Below are positions 41,334-51,929 of a stretch of DNA of 64,000 nucleotides, piece by piece. This stretch comes from a virus (taxonomy: Duplodnaviria; Caudoviricetes), in IMG/VR virus record IMGVR_UViG_3300031784_000003; one strand, 5' to 3'. A program made the translations under genes and the position numbers. Below the pieces are notes generated by a model that was not told where the DNA came from, searched no databases, and worked only from the letters and a program-made list of their open reading frames with translations. Within the stretch, counting starts at the first letter, position 1. Each line of letters begins with the position of its first letter.

Positions 41334-42365
41334 ATGGGATTACCAAAAAATTATAGAAAATATGTTAATATCACCCCTCACAAACAAGGTTTTGAACAGA
41401 GGCAGAGTATTCTTGATGATATCGCTAATAAAGGGACATATCTCCCTAAAGGGATACTTCACGAAGATATGGATGGTGAAATGATTAATTATATTACTAA
41501 CGATATAGATTTAAGTTTGGCTGGTGAAAAAGTACCTGTCATATTTTTAAGTACACAAAGATGGGCTGAATTTTCTAAGACTTGGCAATATACTGATATA
41601 GATAAAAATATTAAATTACCTTTTATCACTATTGTTAGAAAACCTGACGCACAAAAAGGAACTAATTATGCTGGAAACTTCAATATACCAGGAAGACCTA
41701 CTTTTACTTATATGAAAGTACCAACATGGGATGGTAACCGAAGAGGGTATGACATTTATAAAATACCTCAACCTGTTTCTGTAGATATAATGTATGAAGT
41801 TAGACTTTTTTGTAACAGGATGAGAGATTTAAATCATATGAATACAAAAATGTTGACTTCTTTTTCTGCTTTAGAAAAATATATTAAAGTTAACGGACAC
41901 CCAATACCTTTAATTTTAGATAGTGTTGGTGATGAAAGTTCTATTAGTAATTTAGAAGAAAGAAAATATTACGTCCAACTATACACTATAAAAATGTTAG
42001 GATATTTATTAAATGAAGATGATTTTATAATTACACCTGCAATTAATAGGGCAGTTAATTTTTATGAAATTAGTGAAGAATTGTATAGGGCATCATATCA
42101 AGTTAATTTAGATACAAAAAATAATGGTATTTGTATTAACATACTTTTTAATGCTGGGATAAACAATGTTACAATACCAATAGATATTGATGCAGAATAT
42201 ACGAATGTAAATTTTACAAATACAAATTCAGTTTTATTTAAGAAAAATGGTAATATAGTTACATTACCATTTACTATTAATAATGGAGATAATCTTTACA
42301 TCAAAGTAAATAAAACTGATGTAACTAAAACTTCAGAGATAGAATTAAGTGGTATACTATTATGA
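41334..42365 (+). CDS. Tail completion/terminator protein (gp15-like), putative
   Basis: KVPVIF..QRWA, LPFITI.R, PVSVDIMYEV; context. Confidence 0.55.
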   Translation: MGLPKNYRKYVNITPHKQGFEQRQSILDDIANKGTYLPKGILHEDMDGEMINYITNDIDLSLAGEKVPVIFLSTQRWAEFSKTWQYTDIDKNIKLPFITIVRKPDAQKGTNYAGNFNIPGRPTFTYMKVPTWDGNRRGYDIYKIPQPVSVDIMYEVRLFCNRMRDLNHMNTKMLTSFSALEKYIKVNGHPIPLILDSVGDESSISNLEERKYYVQLYTIKMLGYLLNEDDFIITPAINRAVNFYEISEELYRASYQVNLDTKNNGICINILFNAGINNVTIPIDIDAEYTNVNFTNTNSVLFKKNGNIVTLPFTINNGDNLYIKVNKTDVTKTSEIELSGILL

Positions 42366-42736
42366 GTAGTTGTGATAACTCAAATATAAGACAAAATTAT
42401 ATTGTAACAAACACAAATGAGTTTGATACTTTTACTGCCTGTACAGGTATATGGACTTCCAATATTTATGGATGTTCCCCTATTACCATTCAAGATCAAT
42501 TAAATTTGAATGGAGATGTATTACCAAATTCTGATAGTACAATAAATTTAGGTTCGACATTAAATAGATTTAGAAACATAAACACAGTTAGTGGAACTTC
42601 TTCTATATGGACTTCTACTGTTAAAGTTATAACACCTTCAGTAGATTTAGGTTTGGATTCAAATAATGAATCTAGAGTTATAAATGCAAACAATTCAATA
42701 TTACAAGACGATATATTAATGGGTGGAACTTTTTAA
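42362..42736 (+). CDS. Small virion structural protein
   Basis: SNIYGCSP motif shared with 23497 gene (SNIHSCSP); LPNSDSTINLGS..RFR fibre-like motif. Confidence 0.55.
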   Translation: MSSCDNSNIRQNYIVTNTNEFDTFTACTGIWTSNIYGCSPITIQDQLNLNGDVLPNSDSTINLGSTLNRFRNINTVSGTSSIWTSTVKVITPSVDLGLDSNNESRVINANNSILQDDILMGGTF

Positions 42737-42767
42737 AATAATAAAATACTTATAAATAAAAACAAAA

Positions 42768-44342
42768 ATGGGGATAAGACAAACTAGATTTCAGATTAAA
42801 AATAATACGGTACCAAACGCACCTTTTTCAGGGGCAACGTTACTTGTTGGTGAACCTATTGTAAACACTGCAGATGGTATTTTGATGTTTTCAGGAAAAA
42901 CATCTTCAACTACAGAATGGACACCTGCAGGTTCTGGGGCAAATTCAAACTTTTTTGAGGTTGGTTCTAACCTTTATCAATTAAAAATTAGAGATAAAAT
43001 AACATCTTATGGTGGTGTATCTAATCTTACAGGTAAATTCTTATCAGGAACTACTAATGGTTTTGTGTTAGCAGATATTACTGGAATTGTCGGTGTTGAT
43101 AGTTATGTAACTGGATTTACTTATAACGATAATAATGTATTAACAATTAAACAAAACGAAGGTAAACCAGATTTAACTGCGACTATTAACACAATGTCAG
43201 GTTTAACAGTTAATGGAACATTGTCTGCAACAACAATAAATGTTAGTACTTTGAATACAACTAGTGGTAGTATAACTACTGCACCTAGTAACCCAAATGA
43301 TATTGTTAATTATAGTACATTAACGTCTTTTACACAAAATACTGATGTTTATGTTACTGGTAGTACATTAAATGCTGCTAATAATAATACTAACACACAA
43401 AGTGCTCAATTAGACTATCACGGTACTCCTATTGGTGGTCCTCATTTTATTACAACTCAAAATACATTTACTACTGGTGGTACTTTCTCCAATTCAACTA
43501 AATTAATCACTTTTAAAAGAAACGATGGTACAACTGGATATACAGTTGATTTGAGTAATATCGATATTAATGACACATATGTTACGGGTGGTACGATTAC
43601 AACCTCACCATCTAACAGTAGTATTAACGGTACAATTGGGTTATTATATAATCAAGATATTGCACCTAGTACCTACACATTACCATTTACTGATGTATTT
43701 ACAACTGGATTTACTTATAACCCTACAACAAATACATTTACAATTAAAGATAATAACGGAAACTCATTTAACCAATCATTTAACACAGTTTCTGGTTTAA
43801 CAGTAAGTAACTTAACTTCTGGTAGAGTGGTTTACGTTGGAACAAGTGGGTTATTAACTGATGAGGCAGGATTTACATATGATTCAGGTACAAATACATT
43901 TAGTGTACCTTCCGATGGTTCTGTTAGTGTTGGTACAGGTGGTTTATCAGTTGCGGGTGACGCAGTAATTCAGGGATCATTAACTGTATTCGGACCTTCT
44001 ATTTCAGCATTTACATCTCAATTGTATGTAGAAGACGATAACATCACACTTAACTATAATCCAACAGGTAATACAACCTCAACATCTGTAGGTGCAGGTT
44101 GGACAATTCAAGATGGATCTGGAATTGCTAATACCGCAACCACATTAAATATTGGTGTTTCATATAATAATAGTAATTTATCCCCTAATACAGAATATAC
44201 CTCATCAGTAGGGAATTCGAATAGAAACTTGTTTACTCAGGTTGGTGATATTATAATTAGAAATACTAACTACGATAAAAATTCTCCTGATGGTAACAGA
44301 GTTTTGGCGGAAGGTGATATTTTAGACGGAGGAACTTATTAA
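42768..44342 (+). CDS. Tail fibre protein
   Basis: N-terminal GEPIVNTADG attachment-like motif; Thr-rich GFTY repeats; C-terminal LDGGTY. Confidence 0.7.
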   Translation: MGIRQTRFQIKNNTVPNAPFSGATLLVGEPIVNTADGILMFSGKTSSTTEWTPAGSGANSNFFEVGSNLYQLKIRDKITSYGGVSNLTGKFLSGTTNGFVLADITGIVGVDSYVTGFTYNDNNVLTIKQNEGKPDLTATINTMSGLTVNGTLSATTINVSTLNTTSGSITTAPSNPNDIVNYSTLTSFTQNTDVYVTGSTLNAANNNTNTQSAQLDYHGTPIGGPHFITTQNTFTTGGTFSNSTKLITFKRNDGTTGYTVDLSNIDINDTYVTGGTITTSPSNSSINGTIGLLYNQDIAPSTYTLPFTDVFTTGFTYNPTTNTFTIKDNNGNSFNQSFNTVSGLTVSNLTSGRVVYVGTSGLLTDEAGFTYDSGTNTFSVPSDGSVSVGTGGLSVAGDAVIQGSLTVFGPSISAFTSQLYVEDDNITLNYNPTGNTTSTSVGAGWTIQDGSGIANTATTLNIGVSYNNSNLSPNTEYTSSVGNSNRNLFTQVGDIIIRNTNYDKNSPDGNRVLAEGDILDGGTY

Positions 44343-44361
44343 TAATAAAACTATATTTTAT

Positions 44362-44395
44362 AAAAAAGGAAAGAATAATCTTTCCTTTTTTTTTT
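44362..44395 (+). terminator. Intrinsic terminator
   Basis: AAAAAAGGAAAGA-ATAA-TCTTTCCTTTTTTTTTT. Confidence 0.8.
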
Positions 44396-44460
44396 ATCAT
44401 AATATTTATTAATTGAGGTTATATAATCTCATTATAATATTTTTAAATAAAGTCATAAAT

Positions 44461-47400
44461 ATGGCAAAAAGACAAACGACATTTCTTTTAAAAAGATCAA
44501 ATATTCCTGGAAAAATACCTCCTTCTAGTGGGTTAACATCGGGAGAATTAGCACTAAATACTGCAGACGCAATATTATATACATCAGGATCAACATCAGG
44601 CACTATATTACCTATAGGTTGGGACAGAGTTTCTAGGACTGGTGATACAATGACAGGTTCTTTATACTCACCTTCTATTTCTGCAACAACAATATCTGCA
44701 ACCACTTATCTTAATTTACCACCTTTTTCTGGTGATTATTTACCTTTGAGTGGTGGTACAGTGTATGGTAATTCATATTTTACCAATGGTTTAACTGCAA
44801 ATACCTTAAATGTAACTGGTTTAACACAAACTAATGGAATCACATCAACTGGTGGAGTTACATTTAAACAAGTAACTATAAACAGTACATATTCTGCAAC
44901 TACGCAGGATTATATGATTGACGTTACGGGTGGAACATTTACTGTTTATTTACCATCAGCAGTCGGAATACAAGGTAGGTTATTAGTTATTAAAAACAAT
45001 GGTGGTGGTGCGGTAACGGTACAACCAATTTTAGGTCAAGATATAGATGGTAAACCATTAGTAATCTTAGGTGAAACAAACACAATACAATTGGCAAGTA
45101 ATGGGTCTGAATGGGTTGCAATATCTTATAACATATCGACAGTTAACTCATCAACAGGTGTATTTGAATTTACAGGTTTAACTATCGCGTCACCAACAAC
45201 ATTTACTGTTGCCCCTGTTAAGGGTTGGATTGTTGATGATACGACAAATCCATTAAGTCCCCAATTATATTATGTTGTTTATAGTGGTGGTACTCATACC
45301 GCAACATATGTTACTACCGCAACTGAAACTTGGGTTTACTTAACAAGTGGTGGTACTATTAGTCAATCAAATATCGAGTTAACTGAACAACAGAGAAGAG
45401 AAAATATATTTTTAGGTAAATTAGGTCATGCTAATAAAACAAATATTATTAACGCTTTTAGTCAACCTGATTTTGTATTATCACCATTATCCCAACTTAG
45501 GGATATGTTTACACCTATAAATCTTATAAATGGGGGGGTGTACGCATCACCTAATGGTGTTAATTTAAGTTTTAATACAAGTGCGGGTTATCTTTATGGT
45601 TTAGGTATTAATTTCGCATCAAGCACTTTAAATCCAAATACTATATATGTTAGTGGTAATTCACCAACAACATTCCAATATAGAACACAAACAGGTGGGA
45701 CATCATCAAATACTACATTTATTGACCCAACAAAATATGATGTTGGTGGTGTTGTTACGTCAATTTCAGGTACAAAGGCTACCAACCAAAGAATTTATTT
45801 GGTTCAGAACGGTATAATTAGGGTTCAATATGGTCAAACAGAATATCAACAGTTAACTGCGGCAATTGAAGGTATTGCAACAGAACAATTTAACACATTT
45901 AGTAATTTTACAAATAATGGAATTTTAATAGGTGTATTATCTGTTTTAAGTACTGCAACTGATTTAAGTGATACGTCTAAAGCACGTTTCTTTTTCACCT
46001 CAAAATTTGGTGAGACAGTTGGATCCGCTGGTGGTGTGTCAACAACTACATTACAACAAGCATACAACAACTCTGTAAACCCAGAAATAACTACAAATTC
46101 AACGTTAGGTGCGTTATCTATAAAGAATGGTACAGGAAATAATGATAATGTAACTAATTTAATAGAAGGTTTAAATACTGCAGGAAATACTACATCATTT
46201 ATAAGATATGATGGTTATATTTCTGGTACAACAGTAGTATCAAATACGATATCAGCAACAACAGTAACTTCTAGTGGTAATATTAGTGGATTTACATTGG
46301 TTTCAACACAATCGATAAATGATGAAGGTGGTGAGATTAAATTAGCAACACCTCAAACAAACTCTACATTGAATGGTGGTAATATAACTTTTGACGTTTA
46401 TCAAAATAGATTAAGATTTTTTGAATCTGGAGGATCAAATAGAGGTGTTTATATTGATTTAACTGCTGCATCTACTGGTGTAGGTACTAACCTATTGTCA
46501 GGAGGTGGTGGTGAAATCAATACTGCGTCAAACTTAGGTGCGGGTACTGGTTTATTCGCACAAAAATCAGCTGCCGATTTACAATTCAAATCATTAACAT
46601 CTACAGGTGGTACAGTAACTATATCAAATGACGCAAATACAGTTAATTTAGAAGTTATTCCATCAAGTAATTTTACTGGTGGAACAGTTACTGGTTCAAC
46701 TATTTTTACAAATGGGTTAAGTGCTAACACAATATCTGCTACAACATATCAAAATTTACCATTTTCTGGTAATGTGATTGGTAATGGTACTGCAAATTAT
46801 TTACCTAAATGGACAGGTACAACAGGTTTAAGTAATAGTATAATACAAGATAATGGCACGAATATAGGAATTGGTAATATACCAAATTCATCGTATAAAG
46901 TTATTGTTTATGGTGGTGGTATTAATGCAGTATACGGTAGTGCATCAGCCTCAAATAAATATGGTATTGTTGGTACAAACTTTGCTGATGATGATGGTAC
47001 TTATATTGGTGGTTATTTTGCGGCTAGTCCAAATGATACACCTATAAGTTCAAATGATTATATAGGTGCTAAAATGGTTGCTGATGGTTTTGCTTCAGCA
47101 AATGCATATTCTGTTCAATTACAAGACGGAACTGAAGGTATAAATAAAGTATTGACATCTCAAACATCGGATGGTAAAGCCAACTGGAGTAGTGTGCTAT
47201 CTGGATTAACTGAAGTTTATACAAATACTATATCAGCTACAACATATCAAAATTTACCAATCAATGTAAGGGTAACTGGCGCAACCTATACTAATAACAC
47301 ATTTACGTATACAAATAACACTGGTGGTACATTTGATGTATTGTTTAATACTGTAACTGGATTAACATCAACAGGTGACATTCAAACAACTACTTTAAGT

Positions 47401-48174
47401 GCTACCTCTATAACTGCCGATACTGTTACTACATTTATACCAGCTTTTGCACCGCAAGAAATTTTTAGGGGTGTAACATTTTCAAATAACTCAACTACAG
47501 TGACCACTTCTGCAGGTATAACTATGTCAACAACTGCATCTAACTTAGCAGTATCAGTTTCTTCTACTGATTTTTCTACTAAACAAATCCGTTTAAGATA
47601 TTATAGTACTACTGTTAGTGGTGGTCGATATACTGGAACTAGAGGTTCTGCGTTATTATGGTATATTCATGGTGGTTTTAGATACATATGTGATTTTAGA
47701 ATATCTGATACTTCTTACGCTAGTGATTGTCAACAATTTTATGGTATGGCGGGACAAACAACAGATTTGGCTTATGGTGGTGTTGGTTTAACACAAGTTA
47801 GTACCCTAACCAACCTAATAGGTGTTGGTAATGATGGTTCAGACGCAAATTTACAAATAATACACAATGATTCGAGTGGTAATGCCACTAAAATTGATTT
47901 AGGTGCTGATTTCCCATCAAATAGAACAGTTGGTGCCGCATCAAGTACTATGTATAGTGTTACATTATATAACCCACCTACATCAAGTAATGTTAGGTAT
48001 ATGGTGGTAAATAATGGAACAGGTGCAGTTGCTATGGGTGAAATAACAACAAACTTACCATCAACAACACAAGGATTAAACTTTTTTGCGAGTAGAGCAA
48101 TGGGCGGTTCTGGAGGTGTTACTGGTTCAGGTCAGTTTGAATTATCAAAATTAGGAGTTAATTCTTTATTATAA
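44461..48174 (+). CDS. Long tail fibre protein
   Basis: Start re-assigned to ATG 44461 (MAKRQTTFLLKRS..GELALNTAD); SATTY(L/Q)NLP and GGTV shaft motifs. Confidence 0.75.
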   Translation: MAKRQTTFLLKRSNIPGKIPPSSGLTSGELALNTADAILYTSGSTSGTILPIGWDRVSRTGDTMTGSLYSPSISATTISATTYLNLPPFSGDYLPLSGGTVYGNSYFTNGLTANTLNVTGLTQTNGITSTGGVTFKQVTINSTYSATTQDYMIDVTGGTFTVYLPSAVGIQGRLLVIKNNGGGAVTVQPILGQDIDGKPLVILGETNTIQLASNGSEWVAISYNISTVNSSTGVFEFTGLTIASPTTFTVAPVKGWIVDDTTNPLSPQLYYVVYSGGTHTATYVTTATETWVYLTSGGTISQSNIELTEQQRRENIFLGKLGHANKTNIINAFSQPDFVLSPLSQLRDMFTPINLINGGVYASPNGVNLSFNTSAGYLYGLGINFASSTLNPNTIYVSGNSPTTFQYRTQTGGTSSNTTFIDPTKYDVGGVVTSISGTKATNQRIYLVQNGIIRVQYGQTEYQQLTAAIEGIATEQFNTFSNFTNNGILIGVLSVLSTATDLSDTSKARFFFTSKFGETVGSAGGVSTTTLQQAYNNSVNPEITTNSTLGALSIKNGTGNNDNVTNLIEGLNTAGNTTSFIRYDGYISGTTVVSNTISATTVTSSGNISGFTLVSTQSINDEGGEIKLATPQTNSTLNGGNITFDVYQNRLRFFESGGSNRGVYIDLTAASTGVGTNLLSGGGGEINTASNLGAGTGLFAQKSAADLQFKSLTSTGGTVTISNDANTVNLEVIPSSNFTGGTVTGSTIFTNGLSANTISATTYQNLPFSGNVIGNGTANYLPKWTGTTGLSNSIIQDNGTNIGIGNIPNSSYKVIVYGGGINAVYGSASASNKYGIVGTNFADDDGTYIGGYFAASPNDTPISSNDYIGAKMVADGFASANAYSVQLQDGTEGINKVLTSQTSDGKANWSSVLSGLTEVYTNTISATTYQNLPINVRVTGATYTNNTFTYTNNTGGTFDVLFNTVTGLTSTGDIQTTTLSATSITADTVTTFIPAFAPQEIFRGVTFSNNSTTVTTSAGITMSTTASNLAVSVSSTDFSTKQIRLRYYSTTVSGGRYTGTRGSALLWYIHGGFRYICDFRISDTSYASDCQQFYGMAGQTTDLAYGGVGLTQVSTLTNLIGVGNDGSDANLQIIHNDSSGNATKIDLGADFPSNRTVGAASSTMYSVTLYNPPTSSNVRYMVVNNGTGAVAMGEITTNLPSTTQGLNFFASRAMGGSGGVTGSGQFELSKLGVNSLL

Positions 48175-48176
48175 TT

Positions 48177-48419
48177 ATGGAAAAATTTACATTAACGTCA
48201 ACATATATAATTGAAGATGATTTAGAAGTGAATGTTTGTTTAAAACCTTCTAGTGATTTGATAGATGCTTATATTGCAACATATAGGGTATACCCTAACG
48301 AAGGGGAAGCATTAATAGACATACCTTTTTTTATTGAGGAGATGACCCCACTATTATTTCACGATTTTAAAAATATGGATAATGTGCCTATCGAAATAAG
48401 AGATCAATTTGAGTTATAA
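48177..48419 (+). CDS. Small acidic hypothetical protein (possible fibre chaperone)
   Basis: ORF track; directly follows long fibre gene. Confidence 0.55.
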   Translation: MEKFTLTSTYIIEDDLEVNVCLKPSSDLIDAYIATYRVYPNEGEALIDIPFFIEEMTPLLFHDFKNMDNVPIEIRDQFEL

Positions 48420-48572
48420 TTAATCCTCACCGTACAAATCAGTTTTAGGTTTACATTTTTCTTTAATTAATTTTTCTACAAAGGCGAACATCTTTAATCC
48501 ATTCTTTTCACAATAATCTTTTAACATTTTATGTGTCTGAGGGGTTATTTTCAAATTTTTGTCACGTTTCAT
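48420..48572 (-). CDS. Ribbon-helix-helix (Arc/MetJ-like) DNA-binding protein, 50 aa
   Basis: Manual translation MKRDKNLKITPQTHKMLKDYCEKNGLKMFAFVEKLIKEKCKPKTDLYGED; strand-helix-G-helix pattern; below ORF-track cutoff. Confidence 0.7.
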   Translation of the reverse strand: MKRDKNLKITPQTHKMLKDYCEKNGLKMFAFVEKLIKEKCKPKTDLYGED

Positions 48573-48587
48573 ATTATTTTTATATAT

Positions 48588-48634
48588 AAGTATGATAAAA
48601 GTATGATAAAAGACATACTAAATTTATTTATCAT
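48588..48634. promoter_or_regulatory. Putative operator: tandem 11-bp direct repeat plus inverted half-sites
   Basis: AAGTATGATAA x2 (48588-48609), CATACT (48614-19), TTATCAT (48628-34). Confidence 0.5.
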
Positions 48635-48717
48635 CCTATAAAAAACATTTTTTCTAAAAAAACAATATATTTATATTAAAAGAAAATAATAAATAATAAG
48701 AAAAAAAAATAAATTAA

Positions 48718-51567
48718 ATGGCATCAACAGACAGAATTTTTGTGAGTCCTGGGGTTTTTACTTCTGAAAAGGACTTAACATTCGTAACTAGACAAGTTGG
48801 GGTTACTACATTGGGTTTATTAGGTGAAACACCTAAAGGTCCAGCGTTTGAACCAGTCTTCATTTCTAATTACGATGAATTCATTAGTTATTTTGGTGGG
48901 TTAAATCCTGAAAAATTTAAGGCTAATGGTTTTAATAAGTATGAATTAAATTATATTGCAAAATCATATCTAACCCAAACTAATCAATTATATGTAAGTA
49001 GAGTTTTAGGTTTATCAGGTTATAAGGCAGGAAATGCTTGGTGTATCACATTAGATTCATCAGCTGACCCATCTACTACGGCTATTACTAATACAACATC
49101 TTACGCACTTTTATTAACGTATTCTGCTACAACTGCAGGTACACCAGTTTCAGTGACATTCAACTCACCTGTTTTAACATCACTTTACAATGATGGACAA
49201 ATTGATGGGTTATTTACTTCGGTAGGGTTACTTAGTGTAGGGGATAGTATTTCAATCACTGATCCAGAATATGTAAAAACAGGATCTAGTTTTAGTGGTG
49301 CTACTTTTGATATGGAAGTTATCACTAAAGGAAGTGGTGGTTCGGGATATGTAACAGGAACAACTAGTGGTACTGTTGTCACATACACTGCCTCTGCTTA
49401 CGCAGATATTGATGGTAGTGTTATCGCTACTTTAAGATCTAGAGCTTCTTATGATGGTACAGAAACATTAACATATGAAGTAACTGGTGCAACTGATACA
49501 GTTATGACAAATACTTCGTTTATTACATCTGATCCATTAGCATCATTTAATATTACAGGTACAACTTATAATGGTAACACCTTCAACTATGAAGTTTCTT
49601 TAGATAGAACTAAAAAGAATTTCTTACCGAGAGTATTTGGACAATCTACACAAGATAAAGAAACAGAATTATTCGTTGAGGAAATTTATGGAAATGTATT
49701 AGAAGATTTAATAAGTGCTGGTAAAGTAAGAGGATTAGATACTTCATTTGTAAACATTGGTTCTACAACTACAAATAACTTAAATAACTATTTAGAAGGT
49801 TGGAAAACTGCAGTATCTCCTTGGGTTCTTTCAGAAGTAAAAGGTACAGGTGCAGGATCGACATTACAAAGATTATTTAGATTTGTAACAATATCTGATG
49901 GTAACACTGCAAACAAAGATGTTAAATTTTCAATTATAAACATTCAACCAGATAATAAAACATTTGACTTATTAGTAAGAAAGTATGGTGATACGGATGC
50001 AAATCCTAACATAGTTGAGAAATATTCATCACTTTCTATGGACAGTAATTCAAGTGGATATATTGCTAGAAAAATAGGTACAACTGATGGAGAATTTCCA
50101 TTAAGAAGTAAATATATAATGGTAGAACTTTGGGACGGTAACGATCCAGATTTAGGAAACCACTTCCCTGCAGGGTTTGAAGGTTTCTTAAATAGAACAT
50201 ATATTGGTTCTAACAGAACGGCATTACCACCAAAAATAGAATATAAAACACAATATAACGATTTCAACACATCTAAATTAAGAAAAACTTATTTAGGTTT
50301 AAATAGTGATATCGGTGTGGATCAAGACTTCTTTAATTATAAAGGTGTAAATGCAGTTAACAATGGTGTTTACACAGGAAGAACGGCAGGATTCCACTTA
50401 GATGTTAACGCAACTAATTCATTAATCGATTTAGGTTCTGAAAGTTATGTTCCTACACTACAAGTTGGTATATCAGCATTTACTACAGACCTTTCTTTAA
50501 TAGGTGGTCCATATGAAAAAGTGGCAGCGAGAAAATTCACATTCACATCTTATGGTGGATGGGACGGATGGGACGAATACAGAACCAAAAGAACTAACGG
50601 TGATTCATACACTAAGGCAGGAACAAAAGGAGCATTAGGTTTATCTAAAGGATTATTTAATACATTTGTAACTTCTGAAGGTGATGAAGGTATTACTTCT
50701 GATTACTACGCATTTTTAAATGGTATATATACTTATAACAATCCTGAGGCAGTAAATATTAACGTATTCGCAACACCAGGTATTGATTTAAGAGATAACA
50801 TCAGTTTAGTTGAAAATGCAGTTGACGTAATAGAAAACGATAGAGCGGATTCATTGTATATTATTACAACACCAGATGTTGATTCAGATGGTTTAGCAAT
50901 ATCTGCAGATGAGGCAGTATCTATAGTTGAGGATTCTGGTATCGACTCAAATTATTCCGCTACATACTGGCCTTGGTTACAGATGGTAGATAGTGAAAAC
51001 AATAGATACGTTTGGATACCACCAACAGTAGAAGTTGTTAGAAATATCGCATTAACAGATAACGTAGCGTTCCCTTGGTTCGCAGCAGCAGGTTTAAACA
51101 GAGGTACAACTACCGCAGTTAAGGCTAGAGTAAAACTTAAATTAGACGATAGAGATGATCTTTACGCTGGTAGAATTAACCCTATGGCAACATTCTCAGA
51201 TGTAGGTGTGGTGATATTTGGTAACAAAACATTACAAGTTAGAGAAAGTGCACTTAATAGAATAAACGTAAGAAGATTATTACTACAAGCAAGAAAACTT
51301 ATTTCCGCAGTATCTATCAGATTACTATTCGAACAAAATGATGCGGTTGTTAGAAACCAATTCCTAAGTTTAGTAAACCCTATTTTAGATAACATCAGAA
51401 AAGAAAGAGGTTTAACTGATTTTAGAGTAACATTAGACGATACACCTGAATCTATTGACAGAAATGAATTAAATGGTAGAATTTTTATTAAACCTACAAG
51501 ATCATTAGAATTTATCTCAATAGAGTTTAACATTACTAACACAGGTGCAAGCTTTGATAATATATAA
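48718..51567 (+). CDS. Contractile tail sheath protein (T4 gp18-like)
   Basis: SPGVFTSEKD, GETPKGPAFEP, YWPW, WFAAAGLNRG, INPM, GNKTLQ, LNRINVRRLL, LFEQND, FIKPTRSLEFI. Confidence 0.96.
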   Translation: MASTDRIFVSPGVFTSEKDLTFVTRQVGVTTLGLLGETPKGPAFEPVFISNYDEFISYFGGLNPEKFKANGFNKYELNYIAKSYLTQTNQLYVSRVLGLSGYKAGNAWCITLDSSADPSTTAITNTTSYALLLTYSATTAGTPVSVTFNSPVLTSLYNDGQIDGLFTSVGLLSVGDSISITDPEYVKTGSSFSGATFDMEVITKGSGGSGYVTGTTSGTVVTYTASAYADIDGSVIATLRSRASYDGTETLTYEVTGATDTVMTNTSFITSDPLASFNITGTTYNGNTFNYEVSLDRTKKNFLPRVFGQSTQDKETELFVEEIYGNVLEDLISAGKVRGLDTSFVNIGSTTTNNLNNYLEGWKTAVSPWVLSEVKGTGAGSTLQRLFRFVTISDGNTANKDVKFSIINIQPDNKTFDLLVRKYGDTDANPNIVEKYSSLSMDSNSSGYIARKIGTTDGEFPLRSKYIMVELWDGNDPDLGNHFPAGFEGFLNRTYIGSNRTALPPKIEYKTQYNDFNTSKLRKTYLGLNSDIGVDQDFFNYKGVNAVNNGVYTGRTAGFHLDVNATNSLIDLGSESYVPTLQVGISAFTTDLSLIGGPYEKVAARKFTFTSYGGWDGWDEYRTKRTNGDSYTKAGTKGALGLSKGLFNTFVTSEGDEGITSDYYAFLNGIYTYNNPEAVNINVFATPGIDLRDNISLVENAVDVIENDRADSLYIITTPDVDSDGLAISADEAVSIVEDSGIDSNYSATYWPWLQMVDSENNRYVWIPPTVEVVRNIALTDNVAFPWFAAAGLNRGTTTAVKARVKLKLDDRDDLYAGRINPMATFSDVGVVIFGNKTLQVRESALNRINVRRLLLQARKLISAVSIRLLFEQNDAVVRNQFLSLVNPILDNIRKERGLTDFRVTLDDTPESIDRNELNGRIFIKPTRSLEFISIEFNITNTGASFDNI

Positions 51568-51575
51568 TAACAATA

Positions 51576-51601
51576 TGGGGGTTAATTACCCCCACTTTTT
51601 A
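51576..51601 (+). terminator. Intrinsic terminator after sheath gene
   Basis: TGGGGGT-TAATT-ACCCCCA-CTTTTTT. Confidence 0.75.
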
Positions 51602-51615
51602 AAAATAAAATAAAG

Positions 51616-51900
51616 ATGAAAATTAGAAAAAACGGACAAACAATCACTCTATCTGAATCAGATATGAAAAGAATTGTAAAAAAATTATTAAGAGAGGAAG
51701 CTGATCCTAAAGAAGATTTAGTTGTATGTTGTAAAACGGCAGGTATTAAACCACCTACATCATGTTTATCAGGAGACTATGCTAAATGTTTAGAAGAAGT
51801 AGGTAAAGTAATTATGACTGATCCTATTGGTGAAGGTATGAAGGCTATTGCAGCATTAAATTGTCTTAAAGAAAAAGCTAATTCACCAATTAAAAGTTAA
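51616..51900 (+). CDS. Small Cys-containing protein with LSES leader
   Basis: ITLSESDMKRIVKKLLREE. Confidence 0.65.
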   Translation: MKIRKNGQTITLSESDMKRIVKKLLREEADPKEDLVVCCKTAGIKPPTSCLSGDYAKCLEEVGKVIMTDPIGEGMKAIAALNCLKEKANSPIKS

Positions 51901-51929
51901 TAATATTAAAAAAAAATAAATAATAGAGT

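Noticed and set aside
44409-44705. ORF-track minus ORF and 5' extension (44413-44460) of the long fibre
   Set aside because: The minus ORF is antisense shadow; the extension covers AT-rich promoter sequence, and the real start is likely 44461.
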